From Fimicolochytrium jonesii (taxonomy: Eukaryota): DNA of 64,000 nt. Positions 26,301 through 39,728 of this stretch are shown here, piece by piece. Made by a program: the position numbers and the translations under genes. The stretch's first letter is position 1, and every line of letters begins with the position of its first letter. Location: contig NW_026515673.1 in the NCBI RefSeq assembly GCF_025526975.1, positions 124,001 through 188,000 on the forward strand, read 5' to 3'. The notes under the pieces were generated by a model. That model was not told the origin of the DNA, did not search any database, and worked only from the letters and a program-made list of their open reading frames with translations.

Positions 26301-29300
26301 GTTCCTTCTCCACCAGCCCCATTTGTTTTCCGCTTACCATAACACCAACCATCGCCCCCCGACACACAACCCCCGCATCCCCCCTCTCCCGCAACAACCC
26401 CCTCGCAGCATCCACATCCCCATCATACAACAACTTCCCCAAAACCTCCCCGGCCCACACCCCAAAAAACCCCTCAAACCGCTCACAGCCCACCAACCCC
26501 ACCGGAAACAGCTCCACATCCTCATCCCACCGCCACACCAGCTCCGGCAGCATATCACTGACAAGCTCGCTGCCCTTGTCGAGTCCCAATCGCTTGGCGT
26601 ACATACCAAGCGCACTAGCGACCCACCCCATCGCCTTCGGCACGTTAGCAATCCGCGTGATAGCCAACGCGGCATCAACGCGGTGGTCAGGGCTACAGAC
26701 GATGATTTCGCCAAACGTGGCTATCACCGGGACGGTGTGGACGAAACTCTGTTCGAAGAGGGGGGGGAGGGACGCGCGCACGTCTTCGAAGATGACGTGG
26801 TGGTCTTGGGCGGAGAAGATGGCGAAGATCTGCGGGACGGTGCGGCGGATCCACTGTCGGACGTTGAACTCGGCGTGTTTGAAGAGGGACCAGAGGATGG
26901 AGAGGGCGGGGATCGGGGTTTCGGCGCCTACGTATTTGCGGTAGAAGTTCTGAAAATTGCAACGCGTCAGTCTCTGGGCCCACACACAATCTGAATGTTT
27001 TGCGATAAATGTGCACTTACCTCATTCGGATCAACCCCCACGTAAACAACCACCATCTCCCCAAACCCCCTCACGACCCTCCACGGCGCCCTCCCATCGC
27101 AAACCAAGCGTGTGAAAAAATGCAATAGCATCCCAAACGCCGCGCACAGCTCATCCTCCTCATCGACCTCCATGTTCTGTATCCACCCCCCCTCGATCGC
27201 CGTCAACGTCCGCAGTATCGCGAGCATGCCCCACGGGTTCTTTTCGCCCGGGTAGGAGCGGAGGAGGTCAGAGATGGTGTGTACGATGTCGGTAAGTTGG
27301 ATGCGGGTTAGGTGGGCGGAGATGTGGGTGATGAAGTGGGGGAGGGAGAGGTTGAGGTGCGGGGAGGTGGCGGCCAACGGTAGAGCCAGAACAGCGTCTA
27401 TGGCTGTTTGTACTGCGTCGGTATTTGTGCCGCGGGATAGACTACAAAGAACACCTAACGCGCGCACCACAACGGCTTTCAATCTTGCACCCTCCCCCTC
27501 CCCAGCCTCGACATCGACATAAAACTCAACAAGACTAGGCGTCCACGTCGAGCTATGCGAACTTATCTCCACCGCGTCAAACTCGTCGAATGTCGTGGTG
27601 CTGAGGTCCCCATGGGAACTGCTTTTTGGTGGCATGTCGGAGTCAACATCGCGTGAGAGCAGCGGGGTGAGGGTACGCGTTAGATATTGGTAGATTTCGG
27701 CTGAGCGGGGACATCCGAGCTGGGTGGTGGGTGAGAGTTCGTTGAGACCAAGAAGGATCGTGTGGACGACGGTCGTAGCCGCAGCCAAAGAACAGGCGGG
27801 TATCGCTTTCTCCACACGTTGCAGAAGAACCTTGACCATCGCCACAACTGCATCACTCGCATTTCCTTTCGTATGCTTCGCCGCGCGATCCCACATGTTG
27901 ACACAAACAAGAATCAACGAAACAGTGTCCTTCACCAGCCCCATACCCACATCCGCGTTCTCCTCCCCCCATTTCTCCACCAACCCTCGCATCTCCTCCT
28001 CCACCCACCCCGCACTCGCATTCACCAAATACCCCTCCACTCCTCCCCACCCACCACCCCCATGCCCATCAACCCCACAAACACCCTCAACATCCTCCTC
28101 CACAATCGCCCTACAAACCCGTCTCGAATTGCCCAATCTCCACTCCCCGATGAATTCGTCCCGCGGGGGGAGATCGAGGGGCGGGAAATCGTCTGCGTCT
28201 GTTCGTTGGGTATTGCCGTGTGGTGTTCCGAGGAGGACGTCGATGATCATATCGATAGGTACCGCGGCGCGGCCACGCACGACCCACTCGCATATCGAGT
28301 CCGCGAAATCATCTATGACACTCAGCGTCTGACACATCGCCTCGGAACCCCTCGCGCGTTTGCTCATCAGAAGGAACTCCAACGCCGCGGCTGAGGGCAC
28401 ACTCACACCCCACCGCATACCCCTCCCCACCTCCGCAACCACAGCCGCCACATCCCCCCTTGGGACAAACCCGGCCCGCAGCACCGCTTCAAGGACGTGG
28501 TATCCCATATCGACCAGCAGGGAGGGGGATGAGACGACTCTGGTGGTGTTATCCCAGGCCATTTTCGCGAACGTGGGTGTGATGGCGGCAGGGTGGGACC
28601 ACAACGGGGTGCTGCAGACCAACGCCCAGTTCTGCACGTCGCTTTCGGATGCCATGAGGTCGGCGAAGAAATCTGTCATCAGGTGTTGGAGTTGGGCGGG
28701 GGAGAGCATGTGTGGGGTTTGGAGGGCGAGAAACGCGAGGATCTGCAAAACCCCGAGTTTCTGGCGGCTGTTGCCCAGCTTTTTCTTGAGGTTCGTCAAG
28801 TCTGCGACTACGTCGCTTCGTTTGACGCGTTTACGGGCCCGTGGGGTGTCGGAGGAGGGATGCGTGGGCGGGTTGGCTTCCATGTACAGTAAAGCGCCGT
28901 ATACGTCTGCGCCGAGGTCTAGGAAGCTGTAGGTGGGGTACCATTTGGTCACCGAAGCCGGGTCGAGGTGGCCGTTGAGGGTGTCTGGTATCAGCACACC
29001 GGTCTTTTGTTTCAGTCTCAGCACAGTGACGAAATGGTGCAGATCGTCCACGGGGCTGACTCCGAATTTGCTTCCGAATTCCTGCTGGATGCCGTCGTAT
29101 AAGCGTAGACAGTTGGCTTCCCACCTTTTCACGTCGAAGGCGAACTTGCCGGTTGGGTCGTAGATGTGCAGGTAGAACCGAAGGGTGAGTATAAGCTGGT
29201 TCCGCAGCGGGCCTGAGCGGTTCTCCCACAGTGGTATCAGGAACGGGACGGTACTTTCAAGAAAGTTTTGAGCGGCATGTAAATTCTGATGCGCTGTTTC

Positions 29301-30104
29301 GAACAAGATATGATTCGCGGCCGTTATCAAGGGGCCATGACACGTCGTCTCGCCCGGGTGATGCTCTATAAACCGCGCCAAAAACTCCAGCAGATCCTCC
29401 GAATACGCCGCCAAGTCGTCAGGACACCCAATGACGAGATAATAGAACACTTTGGAGAGCTCTACCAGTTCCAACGTCATTGACCTGCGCCCACCTCTCC
29501 TGTCCTCGCTCTGCACCTCGGCGGTTAAGCACCGCATGCATAATTTGAGTAGACCGTGCCAGCGGCTGATAGGTATATGCTCCCTGTACGCGCGCTGGGC
29601 GAGCAGCGTGCGCAGGGCGCGGGTATAGTGCACCGCGATGGGCTGGTAGAGGCCGTCTCTGTACGGCAGGATGGTGAGGATATGTTCCAGAACGGGTTTG
29701 TTGAGGGCCGGGCCGAGGTTGGACCCTGCGCGCTCGATTGTCCATCGGAACTCGGAGGCGCATTCGCCGAGCTGCTTTTCAAGGCGGGCGACGGTGGAGG
29801 TTGCTGAGGCTTTAGCGTTTGTTGTGCGTCCGTTTGCGGCTGCTGCTTTTAGGTTCTCCACTGCCCTGTGCGAGAGAATCCGTCATGAGGTTCGTGATCT
29901 CCCAATAAGCTTTCAAGGTCCGAACTGCCTCCCGCACCTTTCGAAAGCCTCCAATATGCTCCTCCAGTCCTTGCCGTCGATCTGGGACAAGTTGCGGTCA
30001 TCGGAAAGGATGGTTCTGAGTTCTTGTAAGCCCGACTGAGCATCCTTCTTGTTGTCCGAGAGGAACTTTGCGAGCACCTTTCTCAGGGAAAGCTGCACAG
30101 TCAT
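20394..30104 (-). CDS. TEL1: ATM/Tel1 PIKK serine/threonine kinase, multi-exon
   Basis: N-terminal TAN-like region; FAT region ([24 protein letters not shown]); kinase motifs [95 protein letters not shown] when terminal microexons are spliced. Confidence 0.95.
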
Positions 30105-31595
30105 TGCTCCGACATTGAGGGCGGCCGTAGCTTTGCCGTTATGGGTACTAAGACGGCGGAGCTGACAGCTTGGGTAAGGCAGGGAGTGGAAGACAGGGTC
30201 AGAGCTGGCGGGCGATTCGGACGTTGAAGCTTGGACCTTGACGAAGGCCTCAGTTTCATCCAAAGGCAGGCAAACAGGGCTTGCACTTCCGACGCGTTTT
30301 TGCCCTTTCGCCCCTCTCGCCTCCCTGGCTTCAGCAACCTCCGTGTCGCCCGTTGCGAAGGTCAGGAAAGACTCATGAAACATAAGGGTAGCCACCCATG
30401 CAGCCGTTCATTACCGGAAGACATGAGCGCTCGTCGACTCCAGTGCATCCGAAGAAGAACGCGTTCAGGAAGGTCAAATTCACATACAAGTTACTACTCT
30501 CCATACCAGAAGTATGTCCGCGATGCCGCAAAAAAAAGTGCATGCAGCATGCGGAAATGGGCAGAGCTCTGATGCTCCTACCTCTGAAGAGCAAATCCAA
30601 CCTTATAAATCCTGAGATTCGGAATCTCGCCCAATTTCGCTGCAATTGGGAAGAGCCTAAAATCGATTGTATGCACCTGAGGGGTTCTGGAGAGTGCAGA
30701 CTTTCTCGCTATGGATAAAGCCTGCTTGCGTACGATGGTGAGGTTATATCCGGTCAATACCGCCCGGTAGCACAATGTTGCGGTTCTTACCTTACACTTG
30801 GGAGTACTGTCCTGCATCGAAGGTACTGTCTGCCAGAAAGAAATCCCCCGGGTTCTCTCGCAGAAAACTGAAGGTATCTTGAGCCAATCGTGGCCGAACG
30901 CTCGCAACTCCACACTCCTGCAGGAGAGGGGGGCTCTGGATGGGTATTGTTTCGTGGAGGATGCATGAATGCAAGCGCCATGAAATTGGATTGTGACCCC
31001 TTCTTCCTGCAGGAGGGCTACAGGTCAACTCTGCGGTCAACCCTGCAGGAGAGGGCAAGCGTGCGTCGAGAAGAGACCGTCCGCCGCGGGTTCCGGAATG
31101 AACAAACCGGCGGAACACGATGGCTCCATCGATCGAACAAATCAACCCACTTCAAGGATAAGTTGGCCTTTCTGTTGTTCATCGGACATCTCCTGCAGGA
31201 CGGAACGCGTTGCGAGCGACATGAGGGGATTACATAACACGCGAGCGGGCCGTATGTTTGACAGTGGAATGATGATAGGAGGGGAGACGAGGCTGTGAGC
31301 GCGTTCGCATTCGCATTCAAATCAAGAGGGGAAGATTGAGATGAGCCGCCACAACTGCCCATCGGACAGAACAGGCAAAAAGCGGCCAAAAAGCGGCCCA
31401 ACAACACAAAGCGTCTTGCGCATTTTGGCACAATCCTTCCTTCCCACCCACTCTCAACGCTGGACTCACTGCGCTAGTGTACGTAGTAGCGGCTGGAGTA
31501 TCCTACGAGAAGCACCAACGCTCTTCTCCACAGCCGTTCTGCTGATCGGCACTTAGCGAGTTCCGAGCATTGAGGCGTTTCCTCAACACCCCAAA

Positions 31596-32931
31596 ATGCT
31601 GACCGCAACACCAGACTCGGCCGGCGCCCCCTCCTCCCCGGCAGTTGAGCCCGTCTCCACCACCGGCCTGTACAAGCGTCCAGCAGCAAATGCCGTCTCG
31701 GCCCCTGAGGTGTCCACCAAATCAGCCTCCGTCGCCACCACCGCATCAGCCGCAGAACCCGACCGCCGTCACCCACTCTACCTCGGCGACTGGCAACGCT
31801 CCATCCCGCACGTCCACACCGAAATCGCAAAAGACGACCTCGACGAACCCCACATCAAACGCAAACACGCCATCCTCGAAGCCCACCCCGAAATCCAACA
31901 CCTCTACGGCTACGAATGGTCCACAAAGTACATCACCGTCTTCGCCGCCGCATTCCAGGTTGCCCTCGCCTACTATTTCGGTAAAATCGACACCGAGTCC
32001 GTGTGGAAATTCCTGTTTGTCGTCTATGTCGTCGGCGGATCCATGACGCAGGTGTATGGAGTAATCATCCACGACGCCTGCCACGGGCTCTGCGGGAAGA
32101 GCCAGGCGCTGAACAGAGCCGTTGGGTTCATCGCCAACATCGGCATCCCGTTCCCGATCTTCAGCTCGTTCCGCAGGTACCATCTCGAACACCACGCCTT
32201 CCAGGGCGTCGTCGGGCGTGACCCCGACCTCCCCCTCGATTTCGAAGTCAAGCTGATCAAATCGAACCCACTGGCCAAATTCGTCTTTTTGTTCTTTTAC
32301 CCGCTCATGTACGTCGTCCGCGGCGCCGCGATGCAAAAGACCCCCTCCAAATGGGAGATCTACAACGTCATCTTTACGATCTGCACCGACGCCCTCGTCG
32401 TCAAATTCTGTGGATGGAGGGGCTTCCTGTACCTGTTCCTCTCGCTGTGGTTCGGATACGGCATCCACCCCGCCGCCGCGCATTTCATCCAGGAACATTT
32501 CACGTTCGATGATGGGCAGGAAACGTACTCGTACTATGGGATCTTGAACTGGCCGTTTATGAATATTGGGTACCATAACGAGCATCACGATTTCACCAAG
32601 GTACGCCTTACCCCCCTCTTCACATTCTCCCCATCACCCGCCCACTCACACCCTATTCCTTTTTTTTATAAAGGTCCCATGGCGCCGCCTCCCAACAATA
32701 AAATCCCTCGCCCCCGAATTCTACGATACCCTCGCCTACCACTCCTCCTGGGTGATGGTCCTCGTGCGATTCATCTTTGACCGGCAGATCGGCCCGCAGT
32801 CGCGTGTGGGCAGGAACTACGAGGACCATAAGAAGGGCCGAAGGATGGTTGTCGAGAGGAATGGGAGGACTGCGAGGGAGGTTGAGAAGACCGGGGAGGT
32901 GGGGTGGGAGAGGAGGGTGGATTGTGAGTAG
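31596..32931 (+). CDS. DES1: Sphingolipid delta-4 desaturase (DES1/DEGS family), intron approx. 32601-32673
   Basis: EPHIKRKHAILEAHPEI N-terminal motif; His boxes HDACH, RRYHLEHH, GYHNEHHDF; QETYSYYG; second exon VPWRRLP...APEFYD. Confidence 0.95.
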
Positions 32932-33682
32932 GCGGATTGAGAGCGCCGGGAGGCGCTGGAAGACGAGCGTTGGTCAAGGTCTCGGAGTCGTTTGAGCAGT
33001 TAATTAGGATCCTCGCGTTGAGACTCGTCACCGCTAGCGGAACGATAAACAACCCCCTTCGTCTGCTATGCGAGGGTGTCTGTGTTGATGCGGCATGGTA
33101 TACATCCCTTACGTACAAATACATATTTATTCACCTGGCGCCGTGCGGTAGTGCGTTCTATTTTTCGACCTCATTGTGGATTTAGATTGAATATACGTAC
33201 GAAAAACGGGTGGACTCGAGTGCAAATCGCCCTGGTCAACGAGACCCCCGAAACCTCATTTTCATTGGCCCTCGCCTTCGCAACCAAGATCCACGATCCT
33301 CGTCGGGTTTTCCCGCGATAAAGCCAACGGAAATCTTCTTGGAAATGGCTACAATACACACAAGCCAAACACAATACAAGCGTCGATTCCCCGCCCGACA
33401 AAACGAAGCGGTGTGAATTCCACCGCTCGGCGACGTCTATCCTACGAGCGAAATCTGCTATACACCCAATCCGCCGCGTGCGGCCCGCTAGCGATCCAAG
33501 CCATTCATCAGACACCCAGGGCAGTCGAATCGGACGGTATGCGCGGTGGCGCAGATGGGCCAGTCGGTCCCCCCCCCCCCCCCCCAAACACCGTCGGTCG
33601 CCCTCTCCTGCAATACCGAGGGTATGAACTATGATGCGCCCCACCCGCTTCAGATCCCAGCCCAACTCTCCACGCGTCGATC

Positions 33683-33886
33683 TCACGCCCCGCCCTCCCG
33701 CTTCGCATACTCCAACTCCATCGCCTCATCGTACATCTCCTCCGGTGTTTGGTGGGGCTGGGCGTGCTGCTGCTGTTGTTGGTGCTGGTGAATGGATTCC
33801 GGGGTCTGGTGTTGTTCTTGTTGGTGGTGGTGCTCGGTGGACGGCGTGGGTTGGGATGTGTGTGTGGGTTTGTGCAGGCCTGGCAT
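33683..33886 (-). CDS. Small (67 aa) His/Gln-rich protein ending YDEAMELEYAKREGGA
   Basis: ATG at 33886 in AAAAATG context; the C-terminal EYAKREGGA-stop resembles the end of small uncharacterised fungal proteins (recalled, not searched). Confidence 0.65.
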   Translation of the reverse strand: MPGLHKPTHTSQPTPSTEHHHQQEQHQTPESIHQHQQQQQHAQPHQTPEEMYDEAMELEYAKREGGA

Positions 33887-36605
33887 TTTTGTGCGGGGGG
33901 GGGGGGGGGGGGGGGTGGGGGGTTGGTTTATGCTCCGTTCTGTGTGTGTTGGTGCAATAGTTGTTGTCGAGTCTCTGGGGCGTGTTGGGAGGATGCTTTT
34001 ATATTCGCGATGCGACGGCAGTTTATGATTTGATCTGATGAGGTAACCACGCGCCAAGAACGGGAAGGTGGCTGTGCTGGGTCAACGCGTCAACGTGGCC
34101 GATTTGAATTCCGTCAGACTGGGAGGTCACGTGATCGGAATCAACCGAGTCAAAGTCAAACGGACGACGGTGGTTGCTGTCAGGGTTGCTGTACAATACC
34201 CGACTTCTGCATGTCGTCCCGAGTGTGTGGCACGAGCACAACGAGGGGTTAGGAAACCTCATTTCAGTGGAGGGGCTTGTTGTCCGATAATCCGGTTGCA
34301 TAGAGTACGTTGGATTTTAAACGGGAGCCCAGAGAAGACCGACTTGCAGATGCAACCGCGGCGTCTGGAACTCAACGTCCGAGATCTGAGAAAAGCAGGG
34401 GGGTGCAGGCGTTGAAAGGAGGGTTAGGATCGCTTAAAGTACGTTGAAGGGCGGGGATGCGAGATTCATGCCATCTGGCACTGATTGTTTTCTGCCGTCG
34501 TTCTCTGTTTCATTACTCTGTTCTGGTGCAGCTGCCCCGATGAGCATCACTGAACGCACGAGGTGACTCCGATGGTAGACAGTAGGAAGGACGGAGCCGA
34601 TCTGGTGAGGTATCAGCTTACATATACAGACAGGGAATGTACGCGCCCTCGGAAACTGTTGCGCTCCGGTTCCCGACGTACTAGCGGCGAGCTCCCCCCA
34701 TTTCGCGTGAGCGACGCGAAGCGCAGGCGGAGCTAGTCTTCTACTTGACTCTTTGGTTTCTAGTCGTTGTTGCTCGGTTTGTGCTGATGTGCTCGACTCC
34801 GCTTGTCCCACAGGTCCCGACCGCCAAAGTCACAACGCGTCCGTAACGCGTTCAGGCGTTTCTTTGTCCGAAACTAAAAGGTTCGAGTGTGACTGCAAAT
34901 CCGAGCAGACGTGCCCCTGTTCATGGAGCATCGCTGAACAAAGGAGAAAGCGCGAATTCTGCGTTGCAAACACCGATCCATTAGTGGCCCTCTGTTTCAA
35001 TGCCATACATTGCGCCCGCACGGGTCCAGGACTGGGTCAGACTTTTAAAGGATCAAGAGATATAACCAGATCTAGCTAGATGAACGGGAAAGGAAGGGTC
35101 CGCAACGTTTTGCCATGAACCCAAAACGCGTCCATGACGCGTCCGGACCCCGCAAGCAAGGTTCTGGGGCCGAAGAATGTTCGATGTTCGTAAATGCAGA
35201 CCCCATTTTCCCGATATGCTAATGTTCGCCTCGTCATCCTGAATGAAGAGGGCACAATCACCAGCAGGCGATGCGTGACATTCCCAATAATAGCCGCTTT
35301 TGCACCGTTTTTCCGAGCTCATTCATCTCTCAAGGCCCGGACTAACGTCGAATTGGGACTTGGGAGCGGGCGCCCAGAAAACACAGGCAGGTTTTCTTGC
35401 AAAGATCAATCTGGGCAGCAATAGCTCCTACACGCCGGAGTTCCGTAACGGCCGTGTGTTATTGTCGGCAACTGACCACAGTCCTTGGTGGCCAAAGGCC
35501 CGGCGAAACCGTGCAGCGGAGACGGATAACAACCACTGCCCGGATAGTCATCTCGGTTAGACTAACTGTGCGCTCGCTATCCGCAACCATCACTTCCACC
35601 CAGGTTCATAGATCTGCTACATTACATTGAAACGTGGAAACGGCATGTTCAAGAGCATGTAGCTTAGCCCAACTTATGTGTCAAGGGCAGACATGACCAG
35701 GCGTCGTATTGCCTGGCAACACGTTCGAAGAAGCGGCGCACTTCAGGCCTTTGAGGGTGTATGGGAGAAGCGCACTGAGGGCATGGCCTTATTAAATTCA
35801 TTGGTTTCTTTACCATCGAGGACCCTCAACCCATGGATGGACTTATGAGGGCTTGAATATAATTTCAAGAAGAGCGAGAATGCGGTTAACGCAGTGTCGG
35901 AGGTGAGTCCGGGTCCCAATGTCAAGCGGGTCTCCACCTTGAGATGTTGGTGTGGTGTCAATCACCTGTCGGCGGAGTTGATTGTGACGAGAAGCGCGCC
36001 CGTCAAATCGCCGCCAGTTCCAGGGTCAGTTCCGTGAGTGGCATCCGACAACAAGTCTGATTCCTTTGGCAGCTTGAAGGGAGTATTGCAACCTGTCCGA
36101 TATCGTTCATAACATGCGAGTTGGCTTCCAAAATGGCCGTGGGATCGTGGGAGACAGTCCTGGGATTGCGATACCGATATCGCCTTGTCACGGATTGTTA
36201 CGCCCACATCACGGTTGGGCGACCTCCATGTCGCCTATGGTTGCGGATTATAGTCCCGAGGAAGTGGCCGGGACTCCCGTTACGGGCAGACATACCCGAG
36301 CGTATGTCCAGCGGACATACGGGATTTATCAGCCATCAAAACGTCGACCCGAAATGGGATCATTGCCCGATAAGAATTTGATAAATCCACCGTTCATCGG
36401 GACGTTCTTCTCTGGTTCTGAGCCCGCTACAAACCGTTTTCCTTTGAGATGGAGCAAGTCGGGACAAGGCGATGACGATGAAGGACGCTCGCGAATCAAC
36501 ATCGAGCTTTGAATCACATGTGTGTAGGACCGTCTGCGTCTTCTATGGAGCGAGAATCGACATCGCGTGTCGGCTTAGCGGGGGAGCAGACTAGGTTATC
36601 AGCGT

Positions 36606-36932
36606 TTACCCAAAACAGATACAGTAAACGGACGAGCAAGTCTCACTTTTCGCTGGCACCACCACAAGGAGCGGGTCATCATCGGTTGTTTGTAGCGTCT
36701 CCACCTTGCAGCTCAATTTGAGTGGTTGGTTGTTGGTGAGGTCGTCCTTGCTGGCGTAGACGTGGAGCCGAGCCGTGTCAACCTTTCCAATGGTTTCGGG
36801 TGACTTCGCCTTTACGGCATCGCAGAGGTCCGTGACGTCGCTGTCAGCATCGGGAAGCGAGACCTTGTCGACCCTAGTTCCGGAGAGCGGGCTACCCTCT
36901 GGGGACACAAGCGAGAACCACACCCGATGCAT
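36606..36932 (-). CDS. Crinkler (CRN)-type ubiquitin-like N-terminal domain; downstream part (to approx. 35100) appears decayed
   Basis: MHRVWFSLVSPEGSP...VDKVSL...DVTDLCDAVKAK...VDTARLHVYASK...PLLVVVP follows the CR N-terminal domain pattern ending in the VVVP boundary motif, followed by a GTGAGA donor. Downstream frames are broken by stops. Confidence 0.65.
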   Translation of the reverse strand: MHRVWFSLVSPEGSPLSGTRVDKVSLPDADSDVTDLCDAVKAKSPETIGKVDTARLHVYASKDDLTNNQPLKLSCKVETLQTTDDDPLLVVVPAKSETCSSVYCICFG

Positions 36933-37201
36933 GGTGACTGTGGCAGGAATATGACCGGAGCGAGAGCGAGCGGATGTTGCAGAGGCGATTTCCTGCGTGC
37001 AGTGTGCAGCCGCTTCGTGGGAAGGCCACGACGGGAGGTATGCGGCCTGTCCCTGTGGCCACGACTCGCTGGCGAAGGATTCCGCTCAGCTCGTGACAAA
37101 CCACCCGCCGGACCACTGACATAAAAACGAATCCCCTTCCCTTCCCAGAGCCCACACAAACAGCACAACAACACAGCAGCACCCTCCAGACAACCACTAC
37201 A

Positions 37202-39359
37202 ATGCCCGCTAAAGCAATGGAGCCTGTCGAGGCCGCAAACTTCGACCTCTCCGTCAACCCCGCAGACGACTTCTATTCCTACGTCAACGGAGGGTGGCTG
37301 AAAACCCATGACATCCCGGCAGACAAATCGCGTTATGGAGTCTTCGAGGTGCGCATAGGTCTCTTTACTCTTACTATACCATGTGTAGACTCCCTGACTG
37401 ACCTTATCTTCGTCCTATAGCAACTCATCGACTCGAACGATGATCTCCTGAAGAGCATCCTAGAGGAAGTTATCGACCCCTCCAACAAGCCCTCTATGCT
37501 TGGTGAATTCTACCGCTCCGGTGTGGACGAGGCTCTCTCCAACAAAGCCGGCCTGACACCCGTGCAGGACATCCTCGACAAGATCTCCGGCGTCAAAACC
37601 GCCAAGGACGCTGTTGAGTTAGCCGGAAAGGATCTGCACGTGCAGCAGATCGGTGGACCCTTTTGGTCGGCACACGTCAACCCTGACGCCAAGAACTCCG
37701 TCTGGGAGATCCTGGAGCTGTATCAAAGCGGCCTTGGTCTTCCCGACCGTGACTACTACTTTGACGAGGATAAGAAGGAGATCCGCGAAAAATATCACAC
37801 TTTCATCGCCGACCTGTTCCAGTTGGCGGACAAGTCGCTGTCCAAGAGCGATGCTGACTCGATCGCCAAGGCTATCTACGATGTGGAACTCGAGTTGGCG
37901 AAATCCTCGTTGACCATGAGCGAGCGCCGTGATCCAGAGGCGACGTACAACAAGAAGACCGTCAAAGAACTCGCTGTGCTCGCGCCTGAGGTCGAATGGG
38001 AGGCCTACTTTAAGTCTATCGGCTACGAGAACGTGGACGCGTTCGGCGGCTTCGTCATCCTCGACAACCCCAAATTCTTCACCAAGATCAGCGAACTCCT
38101 GAAGAGCGTCAGCATCAAGGACTGGCAGAACTACCTCCGCTTCAACGCTCTGCGTGGGAGCGCCCCATATCTGAGCAAGGAATTTGTCGACCTCCGCTTC
38201 GCTTTCTACGGCACCGTCCTCACAGGCCAAGCCGAGATCAAGCCCAGGTGGAAGCGCGTACTGGATACCATCTCCTCCGCTATCCCCGACAGCCTCAGCG
38301 TCGCCTACATCGCACGCGCATTCCCACAGGAAGCCAAAGCCCAAGCCGACGAACTCGTCCAACTCGTCATCGCCGCCCTCGAAGAGAAGCTCAAAGTCCT
38401 CGACTGGATGGAAGACGCCACGCGCGCCAAAGCCCTCGAAAAACTCAAAGCCATGCGTCCCAAGATCGGTTTCCCGGACAAATGGGAAGACTATGGCGCC
38501 GCCCTCGAATCCGCCGTCTTGCACACCAAGCCCTGGTTCGAGAACGTGCGGCTTGTCAACGCCGCCGACTCGCAACGTATGTATAAGCGCGTCAACAAAC
38601 CCGTCGACCGGAACCGCTGGGAGATGCCGGCTTACATGGTAAGTCTCACGGACATGGGAATCCAATCGATTACAAGTTTAACTTATACCCTTCCTGTAGG
38701 TGAACGCATACTTTCACCCTTCCCTCGTCGAGATCGTCTTCCCCGCGGCAATCCTCGCCCCTCCTTTCTTCTTCCACGGCGAAGACGGCGGCGCCCCCGC
38801 CTTCAGTTTCGGAGCCATCGGCGCCGTCATCGGCCACGAGATCACGCACGGGTTCGACGACCAAGGCAAACAATTCGACGCACACGGGAACCTCGTCAAC
38901 TGGTGGACCGAAGGCGACGCCAAACGGTTCAACGAACGCGCAAAGGTTATCATCGAGCAGTATAACGAGTACGTTACTTTCGGCCAGAACGTGAAAGGCG
39001 ACCTCACACAGGGCGAAAACATCGCGGACCTGGGTGGGCTGAAGATCGCATACCTCGCCTTCCAAAAGTACCAAGCCAAACACGGCCGTGTACCTGACTA
39101 CATCGTGCGCGACGCCCAGGGTACCGAGATCCTCCGCCTCACACCTGAACAGCAGGTGTTTGTAAGCTGGGCGCAGGTATGGCGGAACACTATCAGGAAG
39201 GAGAATGCGTTGATGCGGATCACGACGGACCCGCATTCGCCCGGGAACTATAGGGCGAATGGGCCGTTGTCGAATTTGGCGGAGTTTTGGGAGGCGTTTG
39301 GGGTGAAGGAGGGGGATGGGATGCGGAGGGTCGGGGAGAAGCTGGTTAACATTTGGTAG
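37202..39359 (+). CDS. M13 family zinc metalloendopeptidase (neprilysin/PepO-like), introns approx. 37349-37420 and 38639-38699
   Basis: SVNPADDFYSYVNGGW, QSGLGLPDRDYY, KIGFPDKW, VNAYF, IVFPAAIL, GHEITHGFDDQG (HExxH), GENIADLGG (ExxxD), DPHSP, terminal VNIW. Confidence 0.95.
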
Positions 39360-39728
39360 GCCGGCTGATTGTGGTTCTTCTTGTTATGAGAGGTCGGCAG
39401 TAGCCTTTCTAGCGTAGCACGGTCATTTTAGCAGATGTCGTGTCGTGAGAGGACGTATGCAGCGGGATCCGTAGGACAACATTCTGTGTTTTTCATCTCA
39501 TTTTGTACATAATCAAAACAAATGTGCCGGACACTTTCGTTGTTTGTTTTCAAAGAGTCGAAAGAGTTCATGTATCTGGTTTCCGTCCGTTCCACAGTAA
39601 TGTTTCCCATCGTATTATTGCTAAACTGTGTCGGAGTACGCCGCACATATCTCACGCGCTCATGCTATCCTGCATGCTACCCCGGGGCACTTCCAATCCC
39701 CTCCAACTCGGTACATCCCACCACGCCC

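Noticed and set aside
13856..30104. HEN1-PRM1-ATM as a co-oriented sexual or mating-type cluster
   Set aside because: No HMG, homeodomain or pheromone genes are seen, and adjacency in a gene-dense genome is weak evidence without synteny data.
31746..32588. Long antisense and alternative-frame ORFs (e.g. 280 aa here, 348 aa at 37619-38665, 261 aa at 47372-48157)
   Set aside because: Shadows of GC-rich coding sequence on the opposite strand of well-supported genes.
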